Of a DNA stretch of 64,000 nt, positions 12,290 to 28,826 are shown piece by piece; the first letter of the stretch is position 1; each line of letters opens with the position of its first letter. Source of the stretch: Macrostomum lignano (Eukaryota); the NCBI GenBank assembly GCA_002269645.1, contig NIVC01002236.1, positions 126,855 to 190,854 of the forward strand, in the 5' to 3' direction. The position numbers and the translations under genes are program-made. The notes under the pieces are model-generated. The model was not told the origin of the DNA, made no database searches, and saw only the letters and a program-made list of their open reading frames with translations.

Positions 12290-14270
12290 TCATTCACTAC
12301 TCACTCGTGACCTCATTCATAAACTCAACTCACTTATCAATTCACTCAGCAATTTACTCATCAATTCACTCACCAATTCACTCATCAATTCACTCATCAA
12401 TTCACTCATCAATTCACTCATCAATTCAGTCATCAATTCCCTTGGCAATTCACTGACCAATTCACTCATAAATTCACTCACCAATTCACTCATCAATTCA
12501 CTCATCAATTCCCTCGGCAATTCACTCACCAATTTACTCATCAATTCACTCATGAATTCAGTCATCAATTCACTCATTAATTCACTCACCAATTCACTCA
12601 TTAATTCACTCATCAATTCACTCACCAATTCACTCATCAATTCACTCATCAATTCAGTCATCAATTCGCTCACCAATTCACTCATCAATTCACTCATTAA
12701 TTCACTCACCAATTCACTCATTAATTCACTCATCAATTCACTCACCAATTCACTCATCAATTCACTTACCAATTCACTCATCAACTCACTCATCAATTCA
12801 CTCATCAATTCACTCATCAATTCACTCATCAATTCCCTTGGCAATTCACTGACCAATTCACTCATCAATTCACTCACCAATTCACTCATCAATTCACTCA
12901 TCAATTCCCTCGGCAATTCACTCACCAATTTACTCATCAATTCACTCATGAATTCAGTCATCAATTCACTCACAAATTCACTCATCAATTCACTCATTAA
13001 TTCACTCACCAATTCACTCATCAATTCACTCATCAATTCCCTCGGCAATTCACTCACCAATTTACTCATCAATTCACTCATGAATTCAGTCATCAATTCA
13101 CTCATTAATTCACTCACCAATTCACTCATTAATTCACTCATCAATTCACTCACCAATTCACTCATCAATTCACTCATCAATTCAGTCATCAATTCGCTCA
13201 CCAATTCACTCATCAATTCACTCATTAATTCACTCACCAATTCACTCATTAATTCACTCATCAATTCACTCACCAATTCACTCATCAATTCACTTACCAA
13301 TTCACTCATCAACTCACTCATCAATTCACTCATCAATTCACTCATCAATTCACTCATCAATTCCCTTGGCAATTCACTGACCAATTCACTCATCAATTCA
13401 CTCACCAATTCACTCATCAATTCACTCATCAATTCCCTCGGCAATTCACTCACCAATTTACTCATCAATTCACTCATGAATTCAGTCATCAATTCACTCA
13501 CAAATTCACTCATCAATTCACTCATTAATTCACTCACCAATTCACTCATTAATTCACTCATCAATTCACTCACCAATTTACTCATCAATTCATTCATGAA
13601 TTCAGTCATCAATTCACTCACCAATTCACTCATTAATTCACTCATTAATTCACTCATTAATTCACTCACCAATTCACTCATTAATTCACTCATCAATTCA
13701 CTCACCAATTCACTCATCAATTCACTTACCAATTCACTCATCAACTCACTCACCAATTCACTCACAGATTTACTCACCAATTCACTCATCAGTTCACTCA
13801 TCAATTCCCTCGGCAATTCACTCACCAATTTACTCATCAATTCACTCATGAATTCAGTCATCAATTCACTCACAAATTCACTCATCAATTCACTCATTAA
13901 TTCACTCATCAATTCACTCACCAGTTTACTCATCAATTCACTCATGAATTCAGTCATCAATTCACTCACCAATTCACTCATCAATTCACTCAATTAATTC
14001 ACTCACCAATTCACTCATTAATTCACTCATCAATTTACTCACCAATTTACTCATCAATTCACTCATGAATTCAGTCATCAATTCACTCACCAATTCACTC
14101 ATTAATTCACTCAATAATTCACTCACCAATTCACTCAATAATTCATTCATCAATTCACTCACCAATTCACTCATCAATTCACTTACCAATTCACTCATCA
14201 ACTCACTCACCAATTCACTCACAGATTTACTCACTGATTTACTCATCAATTCACTCATCAATTCACTTAT
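12290..14270. repeat. 12-bp satellite AATTCACTCATC with a 528-bp higher-order duplication
   Basis: Rare variant aattcgctca recurs at 12663 and 13191. Confidence 0.96.
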
Positions 14271-14572
14271 TTTCGTTCATAAACTCATTATTCATACTTG
14301 TGAAAATTAATAACCTAAAATTTGATTCTTCTACGCAAGTTTTTCATCTGTGATACTAGTAAGCTACTGACCAAGAATTAGATGCGAGTAGCATCATAGA
14401 ATATTGCCGTCTAAAAATGAAAAAAGCAGACAACAGTAGGTAAAATCTCTTTTTATTTTGCTTTTCTGCTATTAGTAGTATATTTCCACAACAATTTCGT
14501 TAAGTGTCCTTAAAAGTTCAGCACCGAAAATCTTGAACTCGGAATCAAGTTGTGAGTAACAGATCCAGCTTC

Positions 14573-14872
14573 TCAAACTGGAATCTTGTTCTCAGACCAC
14601 GGGTGCATCTCGATGTGTCCGTCCTCTGCCTCGACCAGACTCATCGGGTTTGTGTCCGGCATCATCTCGATGTGTCCGTCAATTTGCAGCAGCTTATCCA
14701 GGGTGTCCGGATCGATGTCCCAGTCTTCGTCAATCTCGTCCAGCTGGTAGTGCACTTTCTCGCCGTCAACCACGGACTCGACGAAATCTCCGGAATGGAC
14801 ACCCTGGCGGGGGTTGGCGGCTGCGGCAACAGCCACCAGCAGAGCGAATAGCAGAGCACAGAATTTGGCCAT
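14573..14872 (-). CDS. Uncharacterised 99-aa secreted acidic peptide with two DGHIEM motifs
   Basis: MAKFCALLFALLVAVAAAA signal peptide; GC-rich codon usage in AT-rich flanks; upstream UTR intron 15407 (GTAAGT) to 14887 (ttccAG). Confidence 0.8.
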   Translation of the reverse strand: MAKFCALLFALLVAVAAAANPRQGVHSGDFVESVVDGEKVHYQLDEIDEDWDIDPDTLDKLLQIDGHIEMMPDTNPMSLVEAEDGHIEMHPWSENKIPV

Positions 14873-14924
14873 TTTCTTGCTGTCTTCTGGAAGCAGGAAT
14901 TGGAAATGTTGTTTCAATTGTAAG

Positions 14925-15345
14925 GTCACTCTATGAGACCGAGTGAGGTCTCTCTATGAGACTGAGTGAGGTCACTCTATAAGACTGAGTGAGGTCACTC
15001 TATGAGACTGAGTGAGGTCACTCTATGAGACTGAGTGAGGTCACTCAATGAGACTGAGTGAGGTCACTCTATGACATTGAGTGAGATCACTCTATAAGAC
15101 TGAGTGAGGTCACTCTATGAGACTGAATGAGGTCACTCTATGAGACTAAATGAGGTCACTCTATGAGAATAAGTATGGGCACTCTATGAGACTTAGTGAG
15201 ATCAATCTATGGAACTTAATGAGGTCACTCTATGAGACTGAGTGAGGTCACTCTTTAAGACTAAGTGAGGTCACTCTGAGACTAAGTGAGTTCACTCTAT
15301 CAGACTGAGTGAGGTCACTCTATCAGACTGAGTGAGGTCACTCCA
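14925..15345. repeat. 23-bp minisatellite GAGGTCACTCTATGAGACTGAGT in the peptide gene's 5' UTR intron
   Basis: Direct reading. Confidence 0.95.
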
Positions 15346-15940
15346 ATTAAGAAAATTACCCAAATACTAACAAACAGGGGCAATAGTTGCAGAAGTTAAT
15401 GACTTACCAATCAGTTTATTTCTATCGTGTTAACCTTCCAGTCAGGCAATGAATTTCAAAGCTTGGTTTTTAAGTCTCTCTTTAATAGCTAGTCGAAATT
15501 ATGTGACCCATTATATCTGAGTAATTGGAACTGGGACCCTTGAGTCCTTATCAGCCTCGAGCAACCGCGGTGTTCTCTCATGGCCCAGAACTGCCTGACC
15601 GAGACAATAAAAAACAATTACGTGTACTAACTGCTACTGAGCAGGGCTTTTGTTTTAGCCGTGTGAATTTCAACATCATGCGAAATCCACAATAATTGCT
15701 TTTTCCTCTCTATTGGATATTTTGTCTTCGGGTGACGGGGGAATGCGACACCTGGCATTGGAAAGAATGGCGCCATTCTTCTGATGGTGTCAAATGCCGC
15801 CTGATAATGCCGGGTCATAAACGCTTAATTGAGGATAAATTGAGCGGCTTTTCCGGCTCCTCAAACTTGGCTTCAAGCGAGAACTTTCAGGGGCAATCGG
15901 ATCCATACTGTTTCAAGTCCAGTCGATATTCGAGTTTGAG

Positions 15941-17997
15941 ATGAAACTTCTGAGCATTCTGGCGCTCCTGGCGCTGGCGACCGCCGCTCTCGGCGCCCGC
16001 CTGCCCGAGACCTCGGCCGTGGCGCGGACGTTCTCCGACGATGAGAACGAGTCGCTGAACCAGTACATCAAGGCTCTGCTGGAGAACCTCAAGGAGGAGA
16101 TGCCGAACGGCATTCCAGACCTCAACATCCCGCCGCTGGAGCCGCTGCACCTGCCGGAGATCTACGCCGACATTGAGGAGGGCATGGCCAAGGTGCGCCT
16201 GCACATGCTGGACCTGCTGATCGAGGGCCTGTCTGGATTTGTTGTCCGCGAGGTCAAAGGCGACCTGAACACCATGAGCTTCTCCTTGGACCTGTTCCTG
16301 CCCGAGATCACCGGCCAGAGCTACTACGATATGGATGTGAGTTGGCTAGCGCGCTCTGCAGCTACTGCTAGTAGCTTAGTAGCGAATGTTGGAACTGTTT
16401 TTAAACGCGACCACGATTCCACCCTGCTGTGAGCTTGTAGTTTCCTGACTCATTGCTCTGAGGCATATAATGAGTTTATAAGGTCCGTAATAACCTGAGG
16501 GTGTTCGTTAGTTACTTACTGACTCAGCTCCTGACTCAGCTCCTGACTCAGCTCCTGACTCAGCTCCTGACTCAGCTCCTGACTCAGCTCCTGACTCAGC
16601 TCCTGACTCAGCTCCTGACTCAGCTCCTGACTCAGCTCCTGACTCAGCTCCTGACTCAGCTCCTGAGTAAGTTAATGAGTAAGTTCCTGAGAAAGTTAAT
16701 GAGTAAGTTCCTGAGAAAGTTAATGAGTAAGTTCTTGAGTAAGTTAATGAGTAAGTTCCTGAGAAAGTTAATGAGTAAGTTCCTGAGAAAGTTAATGAGT
16801 AAGTTAATGAGTAAGGTAATGAGTAAGGTAATGAGTAAGTTAATGAGTAAGTTCCTGAGTAAGTTAATGAGTAAGTTAATGAGTAAGTTAATGAGTAAGG
16901 TAATGAGTAAGTTAATGAGTAAGCTCCTGAGGGACTTCATGAGTGAGTTTATGCGCAGCTCTAAACGCCTATTTAAAAACATTTTCTGACCTCAACGCAT
17001 CGCGGATTTCCAGGGCAAGGTGCTCATCTTCCCGCTGTACGGCCGCGGCATGGCCGGCCTGAAGGTGAACGATCTGCACTTCAAAGGCACCGCCCGCATC
17101 GTCATCAAGGATATGGAGAGCATCCAGCTGGATCACTTCAACATCCACGTCGAGTTCTCGCAGATCCAAATCTACCTGGAGAACATCGTCGGCGGCGGTA
17201 ACCTTGGCAACGTGGTGAACACCCTGCTGAACATGCTGGGCAAGCTGCTATACGACAAGTTCCGGGACCAGATCCTGCCTCCGCTGAACAACATCATCAA
17301 GAACGCGCTGAACGAGCAGCTGGCCAAGATCAAGCTGTCCGACCTCATCGGAGGCATCGGCCGGGCGCCCCGCAGCCGCTTCAGCGTGTCCCCGGTCCAG
17401 GACTCCGTCAACACTTACGTCGACATGCTGATGGAGAACCTGCGCCCCTTCATGCGCGACAACGGCATGGACCCGCTGAGCCTGCCGAACCTGTCCACCA
17501 GCTTCTCCAAGAAGATCTGGTTCGTCACCTGGCGCGGAGGTGCCAGCATCAGCCAGGGTCAGCTGCGCAGCCTCTCCAGCATCCACCGCACCGGCAACTT
17601 CGGCTTGGACCAGTCGGGCAACCGCCTCACCATTGACGGCTCCGTGGGAGTGAACCAGCTGTGGGGCAGCTTCAGGGCCCTTGCCTGGTTCATGTCCATC
17701 CGCATCTCTGCCGGCATCCAGCTGACCGTCCAGCGGATTCGAGTTCGCGCCCGCCTGCACGCCGACGTCAGCGACCTGAAGGCGGTGCTGGACCTCTTCA
17801 AAATCTCCGAGATCTCCAACATCGGCGTGAAGGTCAGCGGCCTGGGCCCTCTGAACTGGATTCTGGGCCCCATCGCCACTCTGGTTGTCAACGGAGTTCG
17901 CGGCAAAATTGCCCAGGCCATTGAGAGCCCGGTGAAGGCGAAGGTTAACGAGTTGCTGCAGAACCTGCAGATGCCCAACTTCAGCCAGATGCACTGA
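15941..17997 (+). CDS. Secreted 459-aa tandem TULIP-type lipid-binding protein: JHBP/takeout-like + group 7 allergen (Der p 7)-like domain; exons 15941-16336, 17014-17997
   Basis: Signal peptide. Domain 1: GIPDLNIPPLEPL, YYDMD|GKVLIFPLYGRG, GGGNLGNVVN. Domain 2: NTYVDMLMENL..GMDPLSLP, LSSIHRTG, VSGLGPLNW. Phase-0 GTGAGT..ccAG intron; AATAAA near 18077. Confidence 0.82.
16518..16930. repeat. Two adjacent 12-bp arrays (CTGACTCAGCTC; GAGTAAGTTAAT) in the TULIP gene intron
   Basis: Direct reading. Confidence 0.95.
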
Positions 17998-18529
17998 GCG
18001 AGTTCGAGTTGAGAGAGACACAAGCAGGATATTAACTAACTGTGTGCTTCTGTGCACTTTTGAGTTTGAATTATGAAATAAACAAATTATAAGCTATGCT
18101 CATGTTGTTACATTATTGATTGTTTATCAAGGGCAAAGTAAAGCTAAGAAGTTTTGTTGTGGCGTTAGCCGCAAAGCAAAATTACTCCCAATACTCAGGC
18201 AGTGACTCCAGACGCAGCAGGGGTGGGTCGAAATCCTGGGATTGTAGGAAAGTTCCGTTTTAAATTAAACTGAATATCGTACTTAGCATCCTCACAGATA
18301 TTTGTTAGATTTCACTTGCACTGTCTAGACTTGATATCACATTGCCAACATAATTCCACAACCTATATCTCCCAATGGGAGTTCAGCTCCCAATTCCCAT
18401 ACCCTTCGCATTCCATGCATCTCCCTGCATTTCCCTACATCTTCTTCAACTAATTCCTCCAAGAATCTCCCTGATCCCCCTTCGTCCACGCATCTCCATA
18501 CATCCATGCCTATCCCCATCCCTCTTTGA

Positions 18530-19345
18530 GTGAGAGATTCGAATACCTGTCTCTGAGAAGTCAAGCCAATTCATGCCATTTTGCAGCCCTGACCCCCCGA
18601 TAACGTTGCTGACCCAAAGGCTGCTTAAGCCAATTGTCACGCAAGCCCAGTTACTGAGGTCAAGTTTGACTTTCATCGCAGGTTGTGAAGCTGTCTGCTG
18701 AACAGCCTGAGTACCGATTGCTGCCCAGTAATTAGCAGTAAATTTCTGCAGCGCAGCCTTGGCAACCGGAGAATCGCAATGTTTAACTTTCTAACTACTG
18801 ACAAATTGGAGTAGTATGCGATAACCGGCCACTGATTTGTTTATTTTTACACACACGTCCGAACTTCTGAAATATAATAATAGAACTAATTAGGCGAAAA
18901 TGCCTGAGGTAAAATGGTCTCGTATTCACTGCAGACTGAACCCGTTGTGAGGCCTTCCGGTTAGTTTGTTGGTGTTGGTTACATGTGACTGCGGCTGGCT
19001 GCTTGTGGAGTTCAATGGTTTACAGATTTGAAGGGCCTGGTGGGGAGATGCGTGAGATAGAGGGTAGGAGATGTGGGACAGAGGGTGGGAGATGTGGGAT
19101 AGAGGGTGGGAGATGTGGGATAGAGGGTGGGAGATGTGGGATAGAGGGTGGGAGATGTGGGATAGAGGGTGGGAGATGTGGGATAGAGGGTGGGAGATGT
19201 GGGACAGAGGGTGGGAGATGTGAGATCGAGGGTGGAAGATGTGGGATAGAGGGTGGGAGATGTGGGATCGAGGGTGGGAGATGTGGGATAGAGGGTGGGA
19301 GATGTGGGATCGAGGGGCGAGATGTGGGATCGAGGGTTGGAGATC
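18530..19345. repeat. Left inverted arm flanking ZF copy A (unique ~500 bp plus 21-bp GGGAGATGTGGGATAGAGGGT array)
   Basis: Reverse complement of 22325-23095; partial copies at 28826-29330 and 32860-33110. Confidence 0.85.
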
Positions 19346-19822
19346 TGAGTTAGAGGGTGTAAAATTATTATACAATACAACACAGTACAATTTAATACAA
19401 GTCATATAAGAAACGTTTTAATGTATTTTAATGCGGTTATCAGAATTAAACCAAATGTAAAATGTAAAAACATTGCTCACTTTTAACCACCAATCTGCGA
19501 GATCGACTCTCTGTACCTTTCCCTCCTGTTAATTCCCTTCTGCAAGCAGCAGTTGCTGCTTATTCCCTCAGACTTTACCTGCTATTCCATCCGGTACAGA
19601 GTTGGCACCATTCAGCGGGGGTCCGGGGGTCACCCGGCCGTCGCGCCGACCCCCCGCAGCGCTCGCAGCCACCGCAGCCGCGCCCGCCTCGTGCCGCTGC
19701 CGCCCCCGCTGTGCCGCAGTTTTCCCAGGCTGAAAACCCGAGCGTCCCTGCAGCTGGGGGATTTGCGGCTCTCCGCAGCTCAACTGTCTATGGCCGGCCT
19801 CCCGCTGCGGCTGGGGACTCTC

Positions 19823-19911
19823 ATTGGCTCTGAGCTGCCAGCCAATAGCAGCGAAGCTGCCCTCACTCAGCCTGAGGCGGCTGGGTTGGCGACCTGGGAG
19901 ACACCATAAAA
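19823..19911 (+). promoter_or_regulatory. Putative ZF promoter: opposed ATTGG/CCAAT boxes and TATA-like CATAAAA after a GC-rich island
   Basis: ATTGG 19823, CCAAT 19842, CATAAAA 19905; CCAAT pair also present in copies B and C. Confidence 0.4.
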
Positions 19912-20039
19912 CTGTGGCTCACCAGAAATGTTGGTTCTTCATTGTTGCTGAGCACGGAGTCCGCCGGTCCGGGCTTCTGATAAAGACTCTCAACTCTTCA
20001 CCTGCCGTGTGCTTGATTTAGCAATTTTTCACTCTGGAA

Positions 20040-21388
<1,349 letters not shown>

Positions 21389-21854
21389 ATAATCGCTAAA
21401 TGCCCTATGCGCTTCGATTGCTACTCACAACAGTAGTGTTTTGATATCAGCTGCGATTGACTGATCTTCAATGATTCTGTAAATATGCTTTCCTACCCGT
21501 TTCGGCGATTTGCTTACCGTAGTATTTTGTTGAGGTTTTAATTATAATATTGCTTTTTTATAATATTGCTCTCAACTTGCTGCTCTAATATCCACGTGTT
21601 TAATATTTTTTACAATGATTTGCTTGACGATTGTAATATTTAACTGTATCTGCACCTGCATGCGCTGTTCTGTGTGTGTGGTGTCACTTTATTATTAAAG
21701 GATGCAACTTCTGATTAAATATAAGGTGCTTTCGTGTGTTTCATTTCTTTATTATGACCAAAATTCAATTTGATTGGCTGGCTTTTGTTGATTTTGTTAT
21801 AATTATTGTTATACTGACATTTTCAAAAGTGGCTACGGCAATCGGAGAGAACTC

Positions 21855-22310
21855 CCTGCATCTCTCTGCATCTCCCTGCATCTCCCTGTATCTCCCTGCA
21901 TCTCCCTGCATCTCCCTGCATCTCCCTGCATCTCCCTGCATCTCCCTGCATCTCCCTGCATCTCCCTGCATCTCCTTGCATCTCCCCTGCATCTCCCTTC
22001 ATCTCCCTGCATCTCCCTGCATCTCCCTGCATCTCCCTGCATCTCCCTCCATCTCCCTGCATCTCCCTCCATCTCCCTGCATCTCCCTTCATCTTCCTGC
22101 ATCTCCCTGCATATTATGGATCTTTTCTGAATCTTCCTGCACCTCCCTATCTCTCTTGCATTTCCCTACATCTAATAAATCTCCCTGAATATTTTTGCTT
22201 CTCATGCATCTAATTCATCTCCCTGCATCTCCCTGTATCTCCCTGCATCTTCTAACATCTCATGCATCTCCGTAAAATCCTATGAATCTTCCTGAATTCC
22301 ACTGCGTCCC
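21855..22310. repeat. TGCATCTCCC 10-bp array downstream of ZF-A
   Basis: Direct reading; same family at 31420-32790, 33268-33730 and 47560-48135. Confidence 0.93.
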
Positions 22311-22324
22311 ATGTATGTCCTGCA

Positions 22325-23095
22325 TTCCCACCCTCTATCCCACATCTCCCACCCTCTATCCCACATCTCCCACCCTCTATCCTACATCTCCCACCCTCTA
22401 TCCCACATCTCCCACCCTCTATCCACGCATCTCCCCATCAGGCCCTTCAATACCATAAACCATTGAACTCCCCACCATAAACCATTGAATCCCCCACCAT
22501 AAACCATTGAACTCCCCACCATAAACCATTGAACTCCCCACCATAAACCATTGAACTCCCCACCATACGGTAAACCATTGAACTCCCCACCATAAACCAT
22601 TGAACTCCCCACCATAAACCATTGAACTCCCCACCATAAACCATTGGACTCCACAAGCAGCCAGCCGCAGTCACATGTAACCAACACCAACAAACTAACT
22701 GGAAGGCCTCACAACGAGTTCAGTCTGCAGTGAATACGAGACCAGTTCACCTCAGGCATTGTCGCCTAATTAATTCTATTGTCATATTTCACAAGTTCGG
22801 ACATGTGTGTGTAAAAATAAACAAATCAGTGGCCGTTTATCGCATACTACTCAATATGTCAGTAGTTGGAAAGTTAAACATTGCGGTTCTCCGGTTGCCA
22901 AGGCTGCGCTGCAGAAATTAGCTGCTAATTACTGGGCAGCAATGGGTACCCAGGCTGAGTACTCAGGTACTCAGCTTCACAACCTGGTATGAAAGTCAAC
23001 TGGAGCTCAGTAAGGCTGGTATCGTTAGCGAGGTAAGTGCTGCGTTGAGTTTGATTGACTGCTCATAAACAGGTATTCGATCTCGAGACTCATAA
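22325..23095. repeat. Right inverted arm flanking ZF copy A (with an extra CCATAAACCATTGAACTCCCCA array)
   Basis: Reverse-complement match to 18530-19345. Confidence 0.85.
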
Positions 23096-23854
23096 CCTTT
23101 CGGTAGCCAAAATTATTGTCAGAGGCCAAACCTAAGCAAATATTAAGCCAGCAGGACATCGAAAGCGAAACACAGTAAAACTGCAGGTGTCAACTAATCA
23201 AAACATTGATGCCAACCGTGCCAGTCGTTTCGTCTGCTGGGAAATGGGGGCTGGGGATTTGGAGTGGGATGGGGAGATGCCCATCAGCAACTTCTTCGTG
23301 TATATTGTTAAAATGCTTTATAGCTGTAGGGATGTTGGTCTCTTCGAGAATGACGAACATGCCACCCACCCAATTATAGACCTATGCTACAGGGAATCCG
23401 TCATTTTTAAAATACAACTTTCACCCTTCAAGTTACAGTACTAGGGGGTGGGGAGGTTGCTGTTAATTCAAGCAGATTGAATGAGCAAAGAGTTAATTTA
23501 TGGTCAACTTTCCCCTCCTTATGTGCATTGATTGTGACTAGTTTGCAATTGGCTTCAAAATATACTTGGAAACATTGAATATTGGTAATCACAGAAGATT
23601 CCGAAAGTGCAGGTGAAGTCTCTCAATGTTTGCGAGTGACGCAAATAAGCTATACGCCGCGGCAGACTTGAGTTGAGGAATGAAGTGGGGGGATTGCGGT
23701 GTGCGAGGCCTGGACGGATTAAAGCTACTCCCATCAGTTTTCTCGCATTTTCTATTTCAGAATAGTCCAGGAGAAATTGATCACTGGCGCACAGAGTGGC
23801 GACTTTTCAATGTTGCTGAGGATAGCTCGCATAAAGATCATGTATGCATGTACT

Positions 23855-24159
23855 CACACTCACTCTCACACTCCCGCTCACACTCACTCTCACACTCCCG
23901 CTCACACTCACTCTCACACTCACTCTCTCACTCCCTCTCTCAATCACTCTCACGCTCTCTCACACTCACTCTCACTCTCACACTCACTCTCACTCGCTCA
24001 CACTCACTCTCAACTCCCTCTCACACTCACTCTCACTCGCTCACACTCACTCTCACTCGCTCACACTCACTCTCACTCGCTCACACTCACTCTCACTCGC
24101 TCACACTCACTCTCACTCACTCACACTCACTCTCACTCGCTCACACTCACTCTCACTCT

Positions 24160-24160
<1 letters not shown>
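23855..24160. repeat. CTCACA/CACTCACTCT satellite, left flank of LINE
   Basis: Same array and orientation as 25921-26930. Confidence 0.95.
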
Positions 24161-26930
<2,770 letters not shown>

Positions 26931-27389
26931 CAGAGGAGAGAGAGGGGAGGAGAGAGGGGAGGAGAGAATCGAGACTAGACACTAACTTTAGGCAGGGCCG
27001 GATTGCTATTGTGAAGTTTCAAAAAGGACCAGAGTGGGTCGGATAGAGAGGCTTCGCGTTCTGCATGCCTTTTAAAGCCTTTTATATTTTTTAATAAGAA
27101 TAAATATTTGTTGATATTTTTATCTTTAGCAAGTTTTTAACAGTTTTTTCCCCTTGCTTGCTGGGCTGGAGTTTCCCACCCCTGTGAGTCTACAAGATAC
27201 TGTTCCGTGTACACAGTTACACAGTCGAGAGCATATTCACATTAAAACTGGTACGAGTATATATCTGCAGCTTTATTTCAATGAGCCATCAGCAAAAAGA
27301 ATTAAGTAATTATTTTTTCTCGTTCCCCTATAGGTACCCCTTTGTATGAAATATGATTGAATATTCAATGGCCTTAGAGTGAGTGTAAA

Positions 27390-28826
27390 AAGAGGCTGAG
27401 AGTGGGGAGAGGCTGAGAGTGGGGAGAGGCTGAGAGTGGGGAGAGGCTGAGAGTGGAGAGAGGCTGAGAGTGGGGAGAGGCTGAGAGTTGAGAGAGGCTG
27501 AGAGTTGAGAGAGGCTGAGAGTTGAGAGAGGCTGAGAGTTGAGAGGCTGAGAGTTGAGAGAGGCTGAGAGTTGAGAGAGGCTGAAAGTTGAGAGGCTGAG
27601 AGTGGGGAGGGCTGAGAGTGGAGAGAGGCTGAGAGTTGAGAGAGGCTGAAAGTTGAGAGGCTGAGAGTGGGGAGGGCTGAGAGTGGAGAGAGGCTGAGAG
27701 TGGAGAGAGGCTGAGAGTTGAGAGAGGCTGAAAGTTGAGAGGCTGAGAGTGGGGAGGGCTGAGAGTGGAGAGAGGCTGAGAGTTGAGAGAGGCTGAAAGT
27801 TGAGAGGCTGAGAGTGGGGAGGGCTGAGAGTTGAGAGAGGCTGAGAGTTGAGAGAGGCTGAGAGTTGAGAGAGGCTGAGAGTTGAGAGGCTGAGAGTTGA
27901 GAGAGGCTGAGAGTTGAGAGAGGCTGAGAGTTGAGAGAGGCTGAAAGTTGAGAGGCTGAGAGTGGAGAGAGGCTGAGAGTTGAGAGAGGCTGAAAGTTGA
28001 GAGGCTGAGAGTGGGGAGGGCTGAGAGTGGAGAGAGGCTGAGAGTTGAGAGAGGCTGAAAGTTGAGAGGCTGAGAGTGGGGAGGGCTGAGAGTGGAGAGA
28101 GGCTGAGAGTTGAGAGAGGCTGAGAGTTGAGAGAGGCTGAGAGTTGAGAGAGGCTGAGAGTTGAGAGAGGCTGAGAGTGGAGAGAGGCTGAGAGTGGAGA
28201 GAGGCTGAGAGTGGAGAGAGGCTGAGAGTTGAGAGAGGCTGAGAGTTGAGAGAGGCTGAGAGTTGAGAGAGGCTGAGAGTTGAGAGAGGCTGAGAGTTGA
28301 GAGAGGCTGAGAGTTGAGAGGCTGAGAGTTGAGAGAGGCTGAGAGTTGAGAGAGGCTGAAAGTTGAGAGGCTGAGAGTGGGGAGGGCTGAGAGTGGAGAG
28401 AGGCTGAGAGTTGAGAGAGGCTGAGAGTGGAGAGAGGCTGAGAGTTGAGAGAGGCTGAGAGTGGAGAGGCTGAGAGTGGAGAGGCTGAGGGTGGAGAGAG
28501 GCTGAGAGTGGAGAGGCTGAGAGTGGAGAGGCTGAGAGTGGAGAGGCTGAGAGTGGAGAGGCTGAGAGTGGAGAGGCTGAGAGTGGAGAGGCTGAGAGTG
28601 GAGAGGCTGAGAGTGGAGAGGCTGAGAGTGGAGAGAGGCTGAGAGTTGAGAGAGGCTGAGAGTGGAGAGAGGCTGAGAGTTGAGAGGCTGAGGGTGGAAA
28701 GGCTGAGGGTGGAGAGATGCTGAGAGTGGAGAGAAGCTGAGAGTGGAAAGAGGCTGAGAGTTGAGAGGCTGAGGGTGGAGAGGCTGAGGGTGGAGAGAGG
28801 CGAGGCTGAGAGTGGAGAGAGGCTGA
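27390..28826. repeat. 15-17-bp purine-rich satellite GAGAGGCTGAGAGT(T/G)GA
   Basis: Direct reading. Confidence 0.96.

Noticed and set aside
12317-14310. 558-aa and 481-aa SELM/NSLI ORFs resembling coiled coils
   Set aside because: Stop-free frames of a 12-bp satellite, open on both strands, with no unique flanking coding sequence.
16501-16989. TQLL/SKLM amphipathic ORF
   Set aside because: 12-bp arrays within the TULIP intron.
15941-17997. High GC3 of the TULIP gene as evidence for horizontal transfer
   Set aside because: Neighbouring native exons (peptide gene, USP, DDHD1) are also GC-rich; it may only reflect high expression.
17248-18057. 269-aa antisense ORF
   Set aside because: Shadow of the high-GC3 TULIP exon.
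19553-19909. ~118-aa + strand ORF upstream of ZF-A, also in copy B
   Set aside because: Non-ATG start, GC-rich low complexity, and frameshifted in copy C.
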